From positions 25,827,920-25,891,919 of the forward strand of contig NC_068993.1 in NCBI RefSeq assembly GCF_001194135.2: a stretch of 64,000 nucleotides of DNA. The letters run 5' to 3'. Shown here one piece after another: positions 62,560 to 64,000 of this stretch. The stretch comes from Octopus bimaculoides. Its lineage: Eukaryota. The notes under the pieces were generated by a model. The model saw only the letters and a program-made list of their open reading frames with translations, was not told where the DNA came from and ran no database searches. Both the position numbers and the translations under genes were made by a program. Within the stretch, counting starts at the first letter, position 1; the number at the start of each line of letters is the position of its first letter.

Positions 62560-62990
62560 AAGTCACTTGATGAGTTTAAACTATTGAGCTACAGTTATTG
62601 AACTAATGGGAAAGGCTGAAAGAATTATGACTCTACTCCCTGGAGCAAAGATAGGAGAAGTATGCAGTGATATATGTATGGAAAATCCTGGAGGGGTCAG
62701 CACCAAACTTTGGCATTGAGAGATATACCAGCTGCCAACTGGAAAGGTCCCAGCTATCCTGTCTAGAGTGAGGCCCATGTTCAGCAACAGACTAGAATTC
62801 AAGCATTCACAGCTATTTAATAACTTGCCAAAACATCGGAGGAATTTGCATGGAGTAGGAGGTAGATGTTTTCAAGAAACAACTTGACCTCCTGCTGTCC
62901 AAATTCTCAAATGAACCCACAGCACTGCAAGAAACCCAAAAGAAAGCAGCAATGTCAAACATAAGAATGGCCACTGAAAAAGTGATAACA
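62560..62990 (+). mobile_element. CR1-type LINE 3' end
   Basis: WERLKEL*LYSLEQR*EKYAVIYVWKILEG..QLFNNLPKHRRNLHG..DVFKKQLDLLLS. Confidence 0.8.
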
Positions 62991-63539
62991 CGGGCAGTGC
63001 TCCAGCACAGCCACTGCCGTTGGGCTGCTAGAACCTTAAAGTTATCAACAATGTCACTCCAGTGAAATCCAAGAAGGATACGAAGGTAGCACTGATAGAA
63101 TCACTCAAGGAGTTGCAGGTGGTGCTGATAAGTAACCCACAACTTTGAGCCATACAAGAGAGTGGTCAGTCATACCAATGGCTCCGTACACACTGATCAT
63201 GGTCCCTTTCTTCTGATAGTTATTGTTCCAGACTCTTTTTCACAGACTTGAGTGAATTTGGTAGTTGGACACTGAGAGAAGCTCATTGTGTGTATGTTTG
63301 TGTATACCCATGTCAAGATACCACAAGATGTTGTAAATGAGCATGTTATTTGTTTCCAGTCTTTTGTGAAAAATGTTTGGCCAGACAAATATTGCCTCGC
63401 TTGGAAACAGGTGAGGGCTGGCAAAAGGAAGGCTGTAGAAAATCTACTTCAACAAATTCAATCTGATTGATGCCAGTGTGCAAAAGAATGACCTTAAATG
63501 ATGATGATGATGATGATGATGATGACGGTGATATATATC

Positions 63540-63712
63540 CCTTCTACTATTGACACAAGGCCTGAAATGTTTGGGTAGGGGCAAGTCAATTACATCATCC
63601 CCAGTACTCAGCTGGTACTTATTTCATTGACCCTGAAAGGATGAACCCTTTGGCAGCATTTGAACTCAGAACATAAGGACAGATGAAATGCCACTGAGCA
63701 TTTTGCCCTGTG

Positions 63713-63756
<44 letters not shown>

Positions 63757-63960
63757 TTATCATCATCATCATCATTTTACATCCATTATCCTTGCTGGCA
63801 GATGCCCTTCCTAATGACAACCATTTTACAGAGTGTAGTGGGTACTTTTTTACATGGCACCAGCCCCAGCAGGATCACCAGGTCACTGCAAGACAAAGAC
63901 TCCTGACTGGGAGGGGCAGTAGTATTGAGGGAGGTAGCTTTGTACCTTTCGAGAGGTTAA
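63540..63960 (-). mobile_element. SINE family A (63540-63715) followed by family C (63755-63960)
   Basis: Family A core and (cat)n-tailed family C motifs. Confidence 0.75.
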
Positions 63961-64000
63961 AGTGATAGAGTTAGGTGTCTCTCTGTAGAGGAGGTGCATG

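Noticed and set aside
5878-63715. tRNA genes
   Set aside because: A/B-box-like sequences are SINE heads in dozens of diverged copies; none folds into a full cloverleaf by inspection.
1-64000. Most ORFs in the supplied track (poly-I, poly-M, HT, SL, CV, YLSI repeats and poly-X)
   Set aside because: They are translations of microsatellites, N-gaps or antisense strands of TEs; no domain motifs or splice context.

Overview
AT-rich, microsatellite-dense eukaryotic DNA with 8 N-gaps. The SINE, RTE and Penelope repertoire points to an octopus genome (inference, not a database result). One protein-coding gene is supported, on the minus strand. It has six GT-AG exons (42811-42939, 31456-31581, 29283-29408, 17598-17723, 4763-4888, 2996-3154), all phase 1-1, that splice into 264 uninterrupted codons. 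These encode five tandem calcium-binding EGF domains and a GCC2/GCC3 (Ephrin_rec_like) Cys-rich module. The ORF track misses three of the six exon frames. The gene's start and end were not found in the window. The rest is intron filled with decayed mobile DNA: three SINE families, RTE/CR1/Tx1 LINEs, Penelope, mariner, Tc1, maT, Tigger, a probable Helitron, and piggyBac- and hAT-type MITEs. The most unusual structures are intronic fold-backs. One is a ~300-bp inverted duplication at 9969-10763 that buries a complete 59-nt AG..GT exon-like cassette in the host gene's sense strand. The others are a mariner with two 5' ends, a perfect 19-bp hairpin, and inverted SINE/RTE pairs around exons. No rRNA, tRNA or CRISPR array. 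Repeat boundaries are approximate (read by eye); exon boundaries are base-exact.
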